From positions 18,126,101-18,190,100 of the forward strand of contig NC_092677.1 of NCBI RefSeq assembly GCF_964355755.1: DNA of 64,000 nucleotides, written 5' to 3'. This DNA is from Antedon mediterranea (Eukaryota; Animalia; Echinodermata). Made by a program: the position numbers and the translations under genes. This document shows, in pieces, positions 36,678 through 50,895 of the stretch (the first letter of the stretch is position 1; each line of letters starts with the position of its first letter). The notes below the pieces were generated by a model. That model was not told where the DNA came from, searched no databases, and saw only the letters and a list, made by a program, of their open reading frames with translations.

Positions 36678-39616
36678 TTTGCTAAGTTTACTCAGGTTTC
36701 ACGTCCAGAAATAGGTAGAGTGGAGAAATAGTGAAGCGATTTATGCTAAAGTATGCACGTACAATACTAACACACTTCGCTGAATGACTATTCACAATTG
36801 AACAACAATATAAAAGTTACAACTATTTGTTTGCATGTTATTTCCCTTTTCCTCGTTATATTGTTACTTTGGGGAAGTTTCAAAACTGTTATTAGAGAAA
36901 AATGTAGTCAATTGTGTCAAATAATGGTTAGCAATTTCAAAAGTTTCAATTTTCTCTACGGTATCTATTATACAAAGGCTGAACGTTTTTGTTTGTGCTA
37001 TTATTACATTAAGGGTTCAAGCATTCTGGGTGACATAGTGTGACGAACTATTGACCTGTAAAGAATTGATTTTGTGATGAGCAAGTTAGTAAGTTCCTTT
37101 CGATACACCTATATATTACTGGGCGCAATGCCGTAGCAAAATTACAAATCAAAATGTCTATGTTAAATTATCATAACGTGTCTCAAATGTTACCTCTAGT
37201 TCCTCAAAATGAAGATCTAATTGAATACCTGAATATGAGAAGGGCTCAAGCCCATCATTTGACCCAATTTGAGTTAAACATAGAAAAGTGTCAAGTGCTA
37301 AAGTCTACTCTCTAAGTCTAAGTACTATTACCATTAATTGTAGAACACTGGCATGTATATAAAAGAAAGGCCCGACTACAATGACTTGCTCTCACACACA
37401 ACCCGAAATAAGGGCCTGTTTGAACTCGCATTAGGTTTCTTATCTGAATGGCGCGAACATTTTGACATAGACTTTTTATGATTTAGCGGAATCAGCAGTT
37501 CCTATACTTTAGGTTTTTGCGGGAGAAAAACGAATATACCAAAATGAACACTAATTGACCTGCACTCTTGAAATTAAGAAGAATTGAAACAATAAAAAAA
37601 CCTAACCCTAACTCTTCGTTTCGCGAAGTGTCCCCTAGAGGTGTTCCTGAATATGGATATCCCAAGTTTAACTCTACCAAGTATTCAACAAGTTACACGA
37701 AAAAAATGATAACTAAGGTTATTTAATTTCTCAGAAGAAAAATTTGATTCCAAAAGAAGCTGTTTGTTTATAAGCAATACATACAAACAGGACAATCTGA
37801 AGAAGAACAGAAGGCCTATAGGGGAATGTTTGTGCTCTATCGGTCCTTAACCGATTCATTTTAGTAGTCACAATGCCAGTTAAAAATATTATTTATTGGA
37901 AATTTCCCTAAAATGAAAAATAATAACCACAGGCTTTGTCAGTTTCTTTCATATTGTAATTCATTGTTACATTTATTATGGTAAAATAGGAAGGTTGCAT
38001 AAGTAGTGTAGTTTAAGCCTACATCGTAACCTAGAGTGTTGAATTGACGAAGTAGAACATAATTGAGAATTTATAAAAATGTTTAACTTAACAAGTTAAT
38101 AAAGAAAAGTAATTAGAAATCAACCTACTTACTAAATCTTTGCACGTCAAAAAATAAAAAAATAAATAAATAAAACAAATTAATAGATAACTGTAATTGT
38201 TTCTTGCAATGTGGCATTGTCTTACCCAAACATGAATAATTAAATTATAATGCTGTATTTTGTATCTAAGAAATTGTATTTATTGTTATTGTTTATTAAT
38301 ATAATTATTAGTATATTAGAAATGTTATTTTGAATGAAAGAATGGTGGCAATTTGAAATCCTTAGATCGTCGACAAACCGCACTTAGCCTTTGTACCTTT
38401 GTAAGCCTGTAGCCTAACAAGATATTTTTTACTCAAATTTTCTACTGTACTATGACAAAAACTTTACAATCTATATGATTTTTTACATAGCGCCTTCTAT
38501 ATATATTTTCTTTTGTCTTGTGTGAGTTCATCTCACGTTTATTTAAATTCTCATTGGTGATATATTATATACATATAACTACATTTGTGACAATTAAAAG
38601 TAAGTGTTTAAAGTAGTTAAAATACAGGTATATTTACATAATAAGATGCTTGAATTCAGTATTAACCATATTTGTTTTCATTTAAACTTTTAAATACGAT
38701 GTTAATTAAAATGTAAAAATGAGAAATGGCGGTAAAATACAAATTTTCTTGTTAAACCATCTTATTTGTGACCTTATTTGTGTTGGAGTATATGTAGTAT
38801 CCTCCCTTTTCACCAAGATAAAGAAAAAAGAAAAAAAGAGGAATGAACAAGTTTGAAAGTTAGATATTTAGAATGATAGCGTGCAATGATATATTTAATG
38901 AAAACCGTAAGGTTAGAGTCCATACACAGTGCAAGTCCAAGATGCGATTTTGGCTCTGTGCGTACTATGTGAGACGCTTCATACCCGATGTCACCTTAGT
39001 ACAACTACTACTTTTAAATACGATGGTAATTAAAATGTAAAAATGAGAAATGGCGGTAAAATACAAATTTTCTTGTTAAACCATCTTATTTGTGACCTTA
39101 TTTGTGTTGGAGTAGAGAGGCTATAAACTCAGGGGAAGAAAATGTAGTATCTTCCCTTTTCACCAAGATAAAGAGGATGAAATGAAAAAGAAGAATGCAA
39201 AAGTTTGAAAGTTAGATATTTAGAATGATAGCGTGCAATGATATATTTAATGAAAACCGTAAGGTTAGAGTCCATACACACTGCAAGTCCAAGATGCGAG
39301 TGAGACGCTTCATACCCGATGTCACCTTAGTACAACTACTACTTACAATTTGTATTTACGATATAAAATATTGCAAATATAGAAAACTATATATATTGGA
39401 CAAATACAAATACATGCAGAAAACATTGACATGTATACAATATAAATATTTCAAATATAGAAATATATATATTAAAAAATAAATACCAATATATATATAT
39501 ATATAAACACAACAGGCATAGAAATAAATTCCAAACCGCCCGGTGATACACTGAAAATTATTTAATTAATTTTTGAAACGATAAAGATGAGGAAATCTGT
39601 GAGAATGAGAAAAAGT

Positions 39617-39688
39617 CGCCCCAACCGAGACTCGAAGTCGGACCGTCTGCTTGATATGCAGTTGCCCTAACCATTAGACCACTGGGGC
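39617..39688 (-). pseudogene. tRNA-like sequence (ATC at the anticodon position; 5' half tRNA-Arg-like); copies at 42643-42714 and 45669-45740
   Basis: GCCCCAG..GTCTAATGGTTAGGGC..CTGC-ATATCAA-GCAG..CCGAC-TTCGAGT-CTCGG-TTGGGGC. The acceptor stem pairs, but the T-stem and anticodon stem have mismatches. Confidence 0.6.
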
Positions 39689-40006
39689 TTTCATGGTGTT
39701 GTTCTTTAACTCGACCGGATAACGACCCTTTAACATTCTCGGCGTGGTACGGTTGGAACACAACTAGTCCTCAGTTGTACGCACGCGCACCAGAGATCAA
39801 ATTGATACGCCCTCATCTATAATTCAGTATATATATATATATATTAATTGTTAAAAGGCCCTTTATAATAATTGTTTTGTCACGCTTAATGATAAAGTCC
39901 CCTGATATGTTCTTCTCAGGACGTACCTATTTCTCTCTCCAATCAGTCTTTATAAAAAAAGCAGTGAGCATCTGCGAGTTTTCCAAAGAAATCAAAATAT
40001 TTCTTT

Positions 40007-40803
40007 TTAGTCGCGTGGAAGCGACTCTATAGTTCACTATGTCGGTCGGTCGGTCTGTCTGTCTGTCTGTCGGTCTGTCTGTCTGTCTGTCTGTCGGTCC
40101 GGTATCACTATGCGTTTTATCGCTTTCTGACCTTATCTTGATATCAGTTTAATCTAGCTAGGTCAATTTTTCACAGTATATTCCTTATGGCCAGGAATCA
40201 ATGTGGTTATGTTTTCACGGTGCGCAATAAAAAATTACGCGGTCTACGCACGATTTAACGAAATCACGTTTGTAATCATATCTTCACAACCATGAATCAC
40301 AATTAAATAAAATTTGGTACTCATAAATTTCAGGGCATAAATCATCATATGACAATACAATTACGTACGTAGCGCATGTAACGCATGCGTACGCGCGCTT
40401 AACATTTTCAAAATTTATTTTCGATGAAATAAGAGTACATTTCAGGCAATTTTAAGCGTTTACAAAATTGCCATGAGTGCGCATATTTTTGCGCGCGCAC
40501 TGCGCGTTAAATGTTATTGCGCACTCTTTTTGCCCGATTTCTGTTTTCTTGAATTACTTTTCAACTCAAAATTACGTTATACGAGCACGTCGAAAGTGAC
40601 AGGCTACGCACGTGTAAATAAAAAAAAAATAAATGTTTTTAAACATTTCAACATTTTTACACATGTTCAGTAATTTCGGTCAGTATAGTTCACTATGTCG
40701 GTCGGTCTCTCTGTCTGTCTGTCTGTCGGTCTGTCTGTCGGTCTGTCTGTCGGTCCGGTATCACTATGCATTGTAGCACGCGACTTAATGGCTGTTGGCC
40801 TTG
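40007..40803 (+). mobile_element. HINE/DINE-1-like Helentron-associated element, copy 1
   Basis: 5' subTIR AGTCGCGTG plus short IR GCGACT, two (GTCT/GTCG)n microsatellite blocks, 3' subTIR CACGCGACT, hairpin GGCTGTTGGCC, then TTG. It is inserted in a T-run, and the empty site is visible at 47211-47216. Confidence 0.85.
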
Positions 40804-43036
40804 TTTAACATTAACCGACATTTCACCAATGACCAGTGTTATAAATCGACACCAAACTATAGTCGGTCGATTACCGCGAGTAGCGGTAGACTTGGGAGGT
40901 ATACCTCCCTGGTAATATTATGCCAATGACTTAACAACCACAAACTAAAATTCAATGTTATAAATGACATTTGTAGGCGCTCTCTTTATTACATTTGTGG
41001 GTGATGTGTTTTCACATTTTGTGGTTTTTCCCATTTTGTACATGTTTTTACTGCACTGTAAAGACACTGCTTTGAATAACCTAAAATTGTTCAAATTTAC
41101 ACGAGACAATTTTAGTAAATATACTTTATTTTCATATATTTATTTTTCACTTTTTATAGTACGTTGTATGATTGTCTTTACGAATACACCCCATGAGGTT
41201 GTTTGTGTTTTATATTCGTCCAATCAGCAATGCTTCTATCGGTCCTTAACCGATTCATTTTAGTAGTCACAATGCCAGTTAAAAATATTATTTATTGGAA
41301 ATTTCCCTAAAAGGACAAATAATAACCACAGGCTTTGTCAGTTTCTTTCATATTGTAATTCATTGTTACATTTATTATGGTAAAATAGGAAGGTTGCATA
41401 AGTAGAGTAGTTTAGGCCTACATCGTAACCTAGAGTGTTGAATTGACGAAGTAGAACATAATTGAGAATTTATAAAAATGTTTAACTTAACAAAGAAAAG
41501 TAATTAGAAATCAACCTACTTACTAAATCTTTGCACGTCAAAAATAAAAAAATAAATAAACAAAACAAATTAATAGATAACTGTAATTGTTTCTTGCAAT
41601 GTGGCATTGTTTTACCCAAACATGAATAATTATAATGCTGTATTTTGTATCTAAGAAATTGAATTTATTGTTATTGTTTATTAATATATTAGAAATGTTA
41701 TTTTGAATGAAAGAATGGTGGCAATTTGAAATCCTTAGATCGTCGACAAACCGCACTTAGCCTTTGTACCTTTGTAAGCCTGTAGCCTAACAAGATATTT
41801 TTTACTCAAATTTTCTACTGTACTATGACAAAAACTTTACAATCTATATGATTTTTTTACATAGCGCCTTTTATATATATTTTCTTTTGTCTTGTGTGTG
41901 TTCATCTCACGTTTATTTAAATTCTCATTGGTGATATATTATATACATATAACTACATTTGTGACAATTAAAAGTAAGTGTTTAAAGTAGTTAAAATACA
42001 GGTATATTTACATAATAAGATGCTTGAATTCAGTATTAACCATATTTGTTTTCATTTAAACTTTTAAATAAGATGTTAATTAAAATTTAAAAATGAGAAA
42101 TGGCGGTAAAATACAAATTTTCTTGTTAAACCATCTTATTTGTGACCTTATTTGTGTTCGAGTATATGTAGTATCCTCCCTTTTCACCAAGATAAAAAAG
42201 ATGAAATGAAAAAAAGAGGAATGAACAAGTTTGAAAGTTAGATATTTAGAATGATAGCGTGCAATGATATATTTAATGAAAACCGTAAGGTTAGAGTCCA
42301 TACACACTGCAAGTCCAAGATGCGAGTGAGACGCTTCATACCCGATGTCACCTTAGTACAACTACTACTTACAATTTGTATTTACGATATAAAATATTGC
42401 AAATATAGAAAACTATATATATTGGACAAATACAAATACATGCAGAAAACATTGACATGTATACAATATAAATATTTCAAATATAGAAATATATATATTA
42501 AAAAATAAATACCAATATATATATATATATAAACACAACAGGCATAGAAATAAATTCCAAACCGCCCGGTGATACACTGAAAATTATTTAATTAATTTTT
42601 GAAACGATAAAGATGAGGAAATCTGTGAGAATGAGAAAAAGTCGCCCCAACCGAGACTCGAAGTCGGACCGTCTGCTTGATATGCAGTTGCCCTAACCAT
42701 TAGACCACTGGGGCTTTCATGGTATTGTTCTTTAACTCGACCGGATAACGACCCTTTAACATTCTCGGCGTGGTACGGTTGGAACACAACTAGTCCTCAG
42801 TTGTACGCACGCGCACCAGAGATCAAATTGATACGCCCTCATCTATAATTCAGTATATATATATATATATATATTAATTGTTAAAAGGCCCTTTATAATA
42901 ATTGTTTTGTCACGCTTAATGATAAAGTCCCCTGATATGTTCTTCTCAGGACGTACCTATTTCTCTCTCCAATCAGTCTTTATAAAAAAAGCAGTGAGCA
43001 TCTGCGAGTTTTCCAAAGAAATCAAAATATTTCTTT

Positions 43037-43829
43037 TTAGTCGCGTGGAAGCGACTCTATAGTTCACTATGTCGGTCGGTCGGTCTGTCTGTCTGTCTGT
43101 CGGTCTGTCTGTCTGTCTGTCGGTCCGGTATCACTATGCGTTTTATCGCTTTCTGACCTTATCTTGATATCAGTTTAATCTAGCTAGGTCAATTTTTCAC
43201 AGTATATTCCTTATGGCCAGGAATCAATGTGGTTATGTTTTCACGGTGCGCAATAAAAAATTACGCGGTCTACGCACGATTTAACGAAATCACGTTTGTA
43301 ATCATATCTTCACAACCATGAATCACAATTAAATAAAATTTGGTACTCATAAATTTCAGGGCATAAATCATCATATGGCAATACAATTACGTACGTAGCG
43401 CATGTAACGCATGCGTACGCGCGCTTAACATTTTCAAAATTTATTTTCGATGAAATAAGAGTACATTTCAGGCAATTTTAAGCGTTTACAAAATTGCCAT
43501 GAGTGCGCATATTTTTGCGCGCGCACTGCGCGTTAAATGTTATTGCGCACTCTTTTTGCCCGATTTCTGTTTTCTTGAATTACTTTTCAACTCGAAATTA
43601 CGTTATACGAGCACGTCGAAAGTGACAGGCTACGCACGTGTAAATAAAAAAAAAATAAATGTTTTTAAACATTTCAACATTTTTACACATGTTCAGTAAT
43701 TTCGGTCAGTATAGTTCACTATGTCGGTCGGTCTCTCTGTCTGTCTGTCTGTCGGTCTGTCTGTCGGTCTGTCTGTCGGTCCGGTATCACTATGCATTGT
43801 AGCACGCGACTTAATGGCTGTTGGCCTTG
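43037..43829 (+). mobile_element. HINE/DINE-1-like element, copy 2
   Basis: Same structure as 40007-40803, in tandem unit 2. Confidence 0.85.
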
Positions 43830-46064
43830 TTTAACATTAACCGACATTTCACCAATGACCAGTGTTATAAATCGACACCAAACTATAGTCGGTCGATTAC
43901 CGCGAGTAGCGGTAGACTTGGGAGGTATACCTCCCTGGTAATATTATGCCAATGACTTAACAACCACAAACTAAAATTCAATGTTATAAATGACATTTGT
44001 AGGCGCTCTCTTTATTACATTTGTGGGTGATGTGTTTTCACATTTTGTGGTTTTTCCCATTTTGTACATGTTTTTACTGCACTGTAAAGACACTGCTTTG
44101 AATAACCTAAAATTGTTCAAATTTACACGAGACAATTTTAGTAAATATACTTTATTTTCATATATTTATTTTTCACTTTTTATAGTACGTTGTATGATTG
44201 TCTTTACGAATACACCCCATGAGGTTGTTTGTGTTTTATATTCGTCCAATCAGCAATGCTTCTATCGGTCCTTAACCGATTCATTTTAGTAGTCACAATG
44301 CCAGTTAAAAATATTATTTATTGGAAATTTCCCTAAAAGGACAAATAATAACCACAGGCTTTGTCAGTTTCTTTCATATTGTAATTCATTGTTACATTTA
44401 TTATGGTAAAATAGGAAGGTTGCATAAGTAGAGTAGTTTAGGCCTACATCGTAACCTAGAGTGTTGAATTGACGAAGTAGAACATAATTGAGAATTTATA
44501 AAAATGTTTAACTTAACAAAGAAAAGTAATTAGAAATCAACCTACTTACTAAATCTTTGCACGTCAAAAATAAAAAAATAAATAAACAAAACAAATTAAT
44601 AGATAACTGTAATTGTTTCTTGCAATGTGGCATTGTTTTACCCAAACATGAATAATTATAATGCTGTATTTTGTATCTAAGAAATTGAATTTATTGTTAT
44701 TGTTTATTAATATATTAGAAATGTTATTTTGAATGAAAGAATGGTGGCAATTTGAAATCCTTAGATCGTCGACAAACCGCACTTAGCCTTTGTACCTTTG
44801 TAAGCCTGTAGCCTAACAAGATATTTTTTACTCAAATTTTCTACTGTACTATGACAAAAACTTTACAATCTATATGATTTTTTTACATAGCGCCTTCTAT
44901 ATATATTTTCTTTTGTCTTGTGTGTGTTCATCTCACGTTTATTTAAATTCTCATTGGTGATATATTATATACATATAACTACATTTGTGACAATTAAAAG
45001 TAAGTGTTTAAAGTAGTTAAAATACAGGTATATTTACATAATAAGATGCTTGAATTCAGTATTAACCATATTTGTTTTCATTTAAACTTTTAAATACGAT
45101 GTTAATTAAAATTTAAAAATGAGAAATGGCGGTAAAATACAAATTTTCTTGTTAAACCATCTTATTTGTGACCTTATTTGTGTTCGAGTATATGTAGTAT
45201 CCTCCCTTTTCACCAAGATAAAAAAGATGAAATGAAAAAAAGAGGAATGAACAAGTTTGAAAGTTAGATATTTAGAATGATAGCGTGCAATGATATATTT
45301 AATGAAAACCGTAAGGTTAGAGTCCATACACACTGCAAGTCCAAGATGCGAGTGAGACGCTTCATACCCGATGTCACCTTAGTACAACTACTACTTACAA
45401 TTTGTATTTACGATATAAAATATTGCAAATATAGAAAACTATATATATTGGACAAATACAAATACATGCAGAAAACATTGACATGTATACAATATAAATA
45501 TTTCAAATATAGAAATATATATATTAAAAAATAAATACCAATATATATATATATATAAACACAACAGGCATAGAAATAAATTCCAAACCGCCCGGTGATA
45601 CACTGAAAATTATTTAATTAATTTTTGAAACGATAAAGATGAGGAAATCTGTGAGAATGAGAAAAAGTCGCCCCAACCGAGACTCGAAGTCGGACCGTCT
45701 GCTTGATATGCAGTTGCCCTAACCATTAGACCACTGGGGCTTTCATGGTATTGTTCTTTAACTCGACCGGATAACGACCCTTTAACATTCTCGGCGTGGT
45801 ACGGTTGGAACACAACTAGTCCTCAGTTGTACGCACGCGCACCAGAGATCAAATTGATACGCCCTCATCTATAATTCAGTATATATATATATATATATAT
45901 ATTAATTGTTAAAAGGCCCTTTATAATAATTGTTTTGTCACGCTTAATGATAAAGTCCCCTGATATGTTCTTCTCAGGACGTACCTATTTCTCTCTCCAA
46001 TCAGTCTTTATAAAAAAAGCAGTGAGCATCTGCGAGTTTTCCAAAGAAATCAAAATATTTCTTT

Positions 46065-46857
46065 TTAGTCGCGTGGAAGCGACTCTATAGTTCACTATGT
46101 CGGTCGGTCGGTCTGTCTGTCTGTCTGTCGGTCTGTCTGTCTGTCTGTCGGTCCGGTATCACTATGCGTTTTATCGCTTTCTGACCTTATCTTGATATCA
46201 GTTTAATCTAGCTAGGTCAATTTTTCACAGTATATTCCTTATGGCCAGGAATCAATGTGGTTATGTTTTCACGGTGCGCAATAAAAAATTACGCGGTCTA
46301 CGCACGATTTAACGAAATCACGTTTGTAATCATATCTTCACAACCATGAATCACAATTAAATAAAATTTGGTACTCATAAATTTCAGGGCATAAATCATC
46401 ATATGGCAATACAATTACGTACGTAGCGCATGTAACGCATGCGTACGCGCGCTTAACATTTTCAAAATTTATTTTCGATGAAATAAGAGTACATTTCAGG
46501 CAATTTTAAGCGTTTACAAAATTGCCATGAGTGCGCATATTTTTGCGCGCGCACTGCGCGTTAAATGTTATTGCGCACTCTTTTTGCCCGATTTCTGTTT
46601 TCTTGAATTACTTTTCAACTCGAAATTACGTTATACGAGCACGTCGAAAGTGACAGGCTACGCACGTGTAAATAAAAAAAAAATAAATGTTTTTAAACAT
46701 TTCAACATTTTTACACATGTTCAGTAATTTCGGTCAGTATAGTTCACTATGTCGGTCGGTCTCTCTGTCTGTCTGTCTGTCGGTCTGTCTGTCGGTCTGT
46801 CTGTCGGTCCGGTATCACTATGCATTGTAGCACGCGACTTAATGGCTGTTGGCCTTG
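46065..46857 (+). mobile_element. HINE/DINE-1-like element, copy 3
   Basis: Same structure as 40007-40803, in tandem unit 3. Confidence 0.85.
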
Positions 46858-47823
46858 TTTAACATTAACCGACATTTCACCAATGACCAGTGTTATAAAT
46901 CGACACCAAACTATAGTCGGTCGATTACCGCGAGTAGCGGTAGACTTGGGAGGTATACCTCCCTGGTAATATTATGCCAATGACTGATTTCAAATATAGA
47001 AATATATATATTAAAAAATAAATACCAATATATATATATATAATTATATATTAATTGTTAAAAGGCCCTTTATAATAATTGTTTTGTCACGCTTAATGAT
47101 AAAGTCCCCTGATATGTTCTTCTCAGGACGTACCTATTTCTCTCTCCAATCAGTCTTTATAAAAAAAGCAGTGAGCATCTGCGAGTTTTCCAAAGAAATC
47201 AAAATATTTCTTTTTTAACATTAACCGACATTTCACCAATGATCAGTGTTATAAATCGACACCAAACTATAGTCGGTCGATTACCGCGAGTAGCGGTAGA
47301 CTTGGGAGGTATACCTCCCTGGTAATATTATGCCAATGACTTAACAACCACAAACTAAAATTCAATGTTATAAATGACATTTGTAGATGCTCTCTTTATT
47401 ACATTTGTGGGTGATGTGTTTTCACATTTTGTGGTTTTTCACATGTTGTACATGTTTTTACTGCACTGTAAAGACACTGCTTTGAATAACCTAAACTTTT
47501 TCAAATTTACACGAGACAATTTTAGTAAATATACTTTATTTTCATATATTTATTTTTCACTTTTTATAGTACGTTGTATGATTGCCTTTACGAATACACC
47601 CCGTGAGGTGGTTTGTGTTTTATATTCGTCCAATCAGCAATGCTTGAATTGAATTGAATTAGTTTTATTAATTAATTCTAGCATACACGCTCATTACTTT
47701 CACTAGAATCCTTCATTGTGATGTTGGTTTTTAACTCAAGGTGCTAATTGAAAATAGACACCTTCTCAAAACAGTAGGCCTAAATTCATTCCAAAATCTC
47801 GATTAACGAATTTAAATTTGATA

Positions 47824-48706
47824 ATGAATTCTACCGAAATTGAATCGTCCACAACAGCGACCATAATATGCAGGACGGTCATTTTGTTCATCATTATGCT
47901 TTTTGCAATAGTTGGTAATTCTATAACTCTTGCTATAATCTACCTAGTCGAATCACTCCACACGAAAACGTATGTCTTTGTCGCAAATCTAGCAATCACA
48001 GATCTTTCAATCGGATCGGACTATTCGTAATGCCTATTGTTCTTACTGCTTCTATAAGTGACGGATGGCCATTGTACAAGACTGGATTTGTGAGGTATCT
48101 TCGGCTATGACTGGACAGTGTGCTACTACCTAACAAGCACTGCTACTCTGTGTGCAATATCAATTGACAGGTATCATTTTATTATTAATCCTTTACACTA
48201 CCATTCCAAAATGAGCAAACGGATTGTTATTATTTTGTTTGTTATTTTCATCATCCTTGGACTGGGAAAAGTCGGATATGTTCCTTATTCATTTGTCTGT
48301 CTACCCAAGTGTCAAGAACACCATATTCTGTCAATTTTTGTGTTTGTTTTTTTGTTTTTTTATTCCGGTTTCAATGACAGTCAAAGCGTATTATCATATA
48401 GGTAAGGACATTCCAACTACGCAGAAGTGTTCAGAATGGTACATCCTCAATCACATCGAAGAATTTGAAAAATAATACGATGAGGGCCAAGGTCAAATCC
48501 GCCGTTGTCTTTGCAGTTGCCATTGGTACCTTTATGACATTGTTTTTGCCGTACCAAGTTGTTTTGAATTGTCAGTTATGGGAGTTGCACGTGCCAAATA
48601 AGTTTATAACGTGTTCAACATGTTTGGCGTCAATGGCATCTTTAGAAACGGACTTAACCAAATAATACGTCAAATTCGTCGATTTCTAGACCATGGTTTG
48701 TTTTGA
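47824..48706 (+). pseudogene. Intronless class A (amine-receptor-like) GPCR pseudogene
   Basis: The fragments GNSITL (TM1), FVANLAITDL (TM2), LCAISIDRYHFIINPLHY (TM3/DRY) and FMTLFLPY (TM6) are spread over several frames. The NPxxY segment is deleted relative to the paralog at 32.4 kb. Confidence 0.85.
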
Positions 48707-50895
48707 ACACTTTCTTATTACGTTAAATTTACGTCACGTTTAATTGTTATTGTTATGTCGGCCAAATTCGAATGAACAATTAGAATGAACTGAGCCTTAG
48801 GCCTATAGTCGTATATTTTAAATTGAAAAAGAAGCATGAACCATTCCATATTGTCCATACTCAACAGAAAGATCGTCTAGTTTACGGCGATATAAAACAA
48901 TTTAATACTAATAATAATTTTTAAACGCGTAGACATGGCTATGTATATACTGTACTTAAACTATCATCATGCTTTTAACATTCACAATTAAATAAAATTA
49001 TTTTAAGGATAAAAGCATTCCAGATTACAGTGTGGGTGTGGAGAGGGTCTGCATCCGAGTCGAAGTGTAGCGTATAAAGTGTAGGCCTAGAGGAGCTGTA
49101 CATTTTCGATAAATGAATATCAAATGTGTAGGTTGTTATCTCTCGTGAATAAAATACAAATACATTTGTTATATATCTTATATCTATAAATAGTTATTCT
49201 ATAAAACAATTTTTTCACAACTTGGAAATAAACCTGTTTAATTTAGTTTTTTCGCCTATACTCGTAATAGAAATCATAAAACTTCTTCTTTCTTGGAATG
49301 ATCCAAGAAACATTGATTATATATGGCCTTTGGCCAAAATAATATATAATGTAACAATTATATAAATAACATTAGAGTGCGTTTAAAAAAACATTTTTTT
49401 CCAAGCTTAGTAATGAGATCAGTGTTTGTAGTGGACATAGGATAAATATATTTTAATTTAGATGGGTTATTTGTATAAATGGAAAACAAACTAAATTGTA
49501 GAGAACATGATTTGCATATTCTTTTATTTCTATTATTAATTATTACATCTTCCTTTTGTTTCTAGTTCTAATATTCCTAGTTTTAGTTTAATCATAATTT
49601 GTCTATGTATGTAATTGTTACTGTATTTTAATTCAGTTATTCTTCAATTCCAAAATTATATTTAATGCGTGTGTAATATTGGAGCTTAAAATGTAACCTA
49701 GTGTATTCATATAATTATTGTCGTTCAATATCGGTAAGCCTTTTTTTTAACATTTGAAATAAAGTATATATATATATTTTTGACCTGTAAAATTATGCTT
49801 AATTATGACATAGGCGAGCACAATGGAAAATCTTTGGGAAAGATCTCCGCCTTGGGTAACCTACCTCATCTATCTCATGTACCGTGAAACGTAGATTTGA
49901 TAACATTAGTGTTTACTATTACGATATTGTTCCGTATTTCTATCTTAGGAGGATATTATATTATAAAGGGATTTAAAACAAAATTTCTGATTTCATCCGT
50001 AGATTAGTAATAGTAATTTCCGGGTTGGTGGGTGAGTCTTTGCGACTTCCTGGTTTTAACTAAGTGTTTGCTGCCGTTAGTGGCGATAATAATTTTTGCT
50101 GTTTAGTTTATTTTCGTGAAAATATACTTCAAATTAAAATAAAAAATCAATTGAAATATATTCAGAACGGTGTAAGGTCCTCGCTAAGGCGGAATGCTTC
50201 ACCGTTCTGGATTCTGCAGATTCCGCTTTCAAACTTAAGGTCAAGGAAGCACTCCACATCTCGTGGAGTAAACCTTCCTTGAACAAACAAATCTATAACT
50301 TAGGCGTCACACTTGCCATATGATTGGTTGTTGCCTACATTCCTTGTTGTTTTATTATGCTAATTACTTACTTATTTACATACAATATTTCTCGAAACAT
50401 GTCACATTTACATTTTAAGGCAGTTTGCCTTTTCATCCTAACTTGTAGGTTTGGTGGTATTATTCATGATTATGTTATTTCTTTTGACCATTTACACACA
50501 ACGCGGAGTTGACGGGCAGTTACCGCATAGGACAGATACAGATGTGAGACAAGCTGCGCGGTTTTCCGCTTACAGTTACCACTCGTCTGTGTAAAATTGG
50601 CATTCGAAAGCATGGCCAACATAATTGTGACCTTACATTGTTACCTTGTCACCTATAATGCTGTTTCCGCTTACATTTTACCCGCTACCGCTTAAGACTA
50701 AAAATAAGCGCGTCCGTATACTGTAATTTAATTGGTTGAAAATTTGCGCTGAACCAAAGTGATCAAATTTCAAAATATATATATTTTTATGTGTTTTTTA
50801 AATATAACTTTCATGTTCAATACGATCATTTTTTGTTTTATTTATTTTTTGTCGAGTCTTTTTGCAGTTATGCATTACATCTTGTACATATACAG

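Larger units (their letters stand above)
37836..47646. repeat. Recent tandem segmental duplication: three ~3.03-kb units plus a partial older unit
   Basis: Units start at ~37836, ~41235 and ~44261, and identical ORF-track peptides recur with a period of 3026-3028. Unit 1 has an extra ~330-bp internal duplication near 38690-39340. The segment 46986-47646 re-copies part of the unit without two inserts. Confidence 0.95.

Noticed and set aside
39225-47652. Repeated short ORFs suggesting a multi-gene cassette
   Set aside because: They have low-complexity AT-rich translations and no motifs, and they recur only because the DNA is triplicated.
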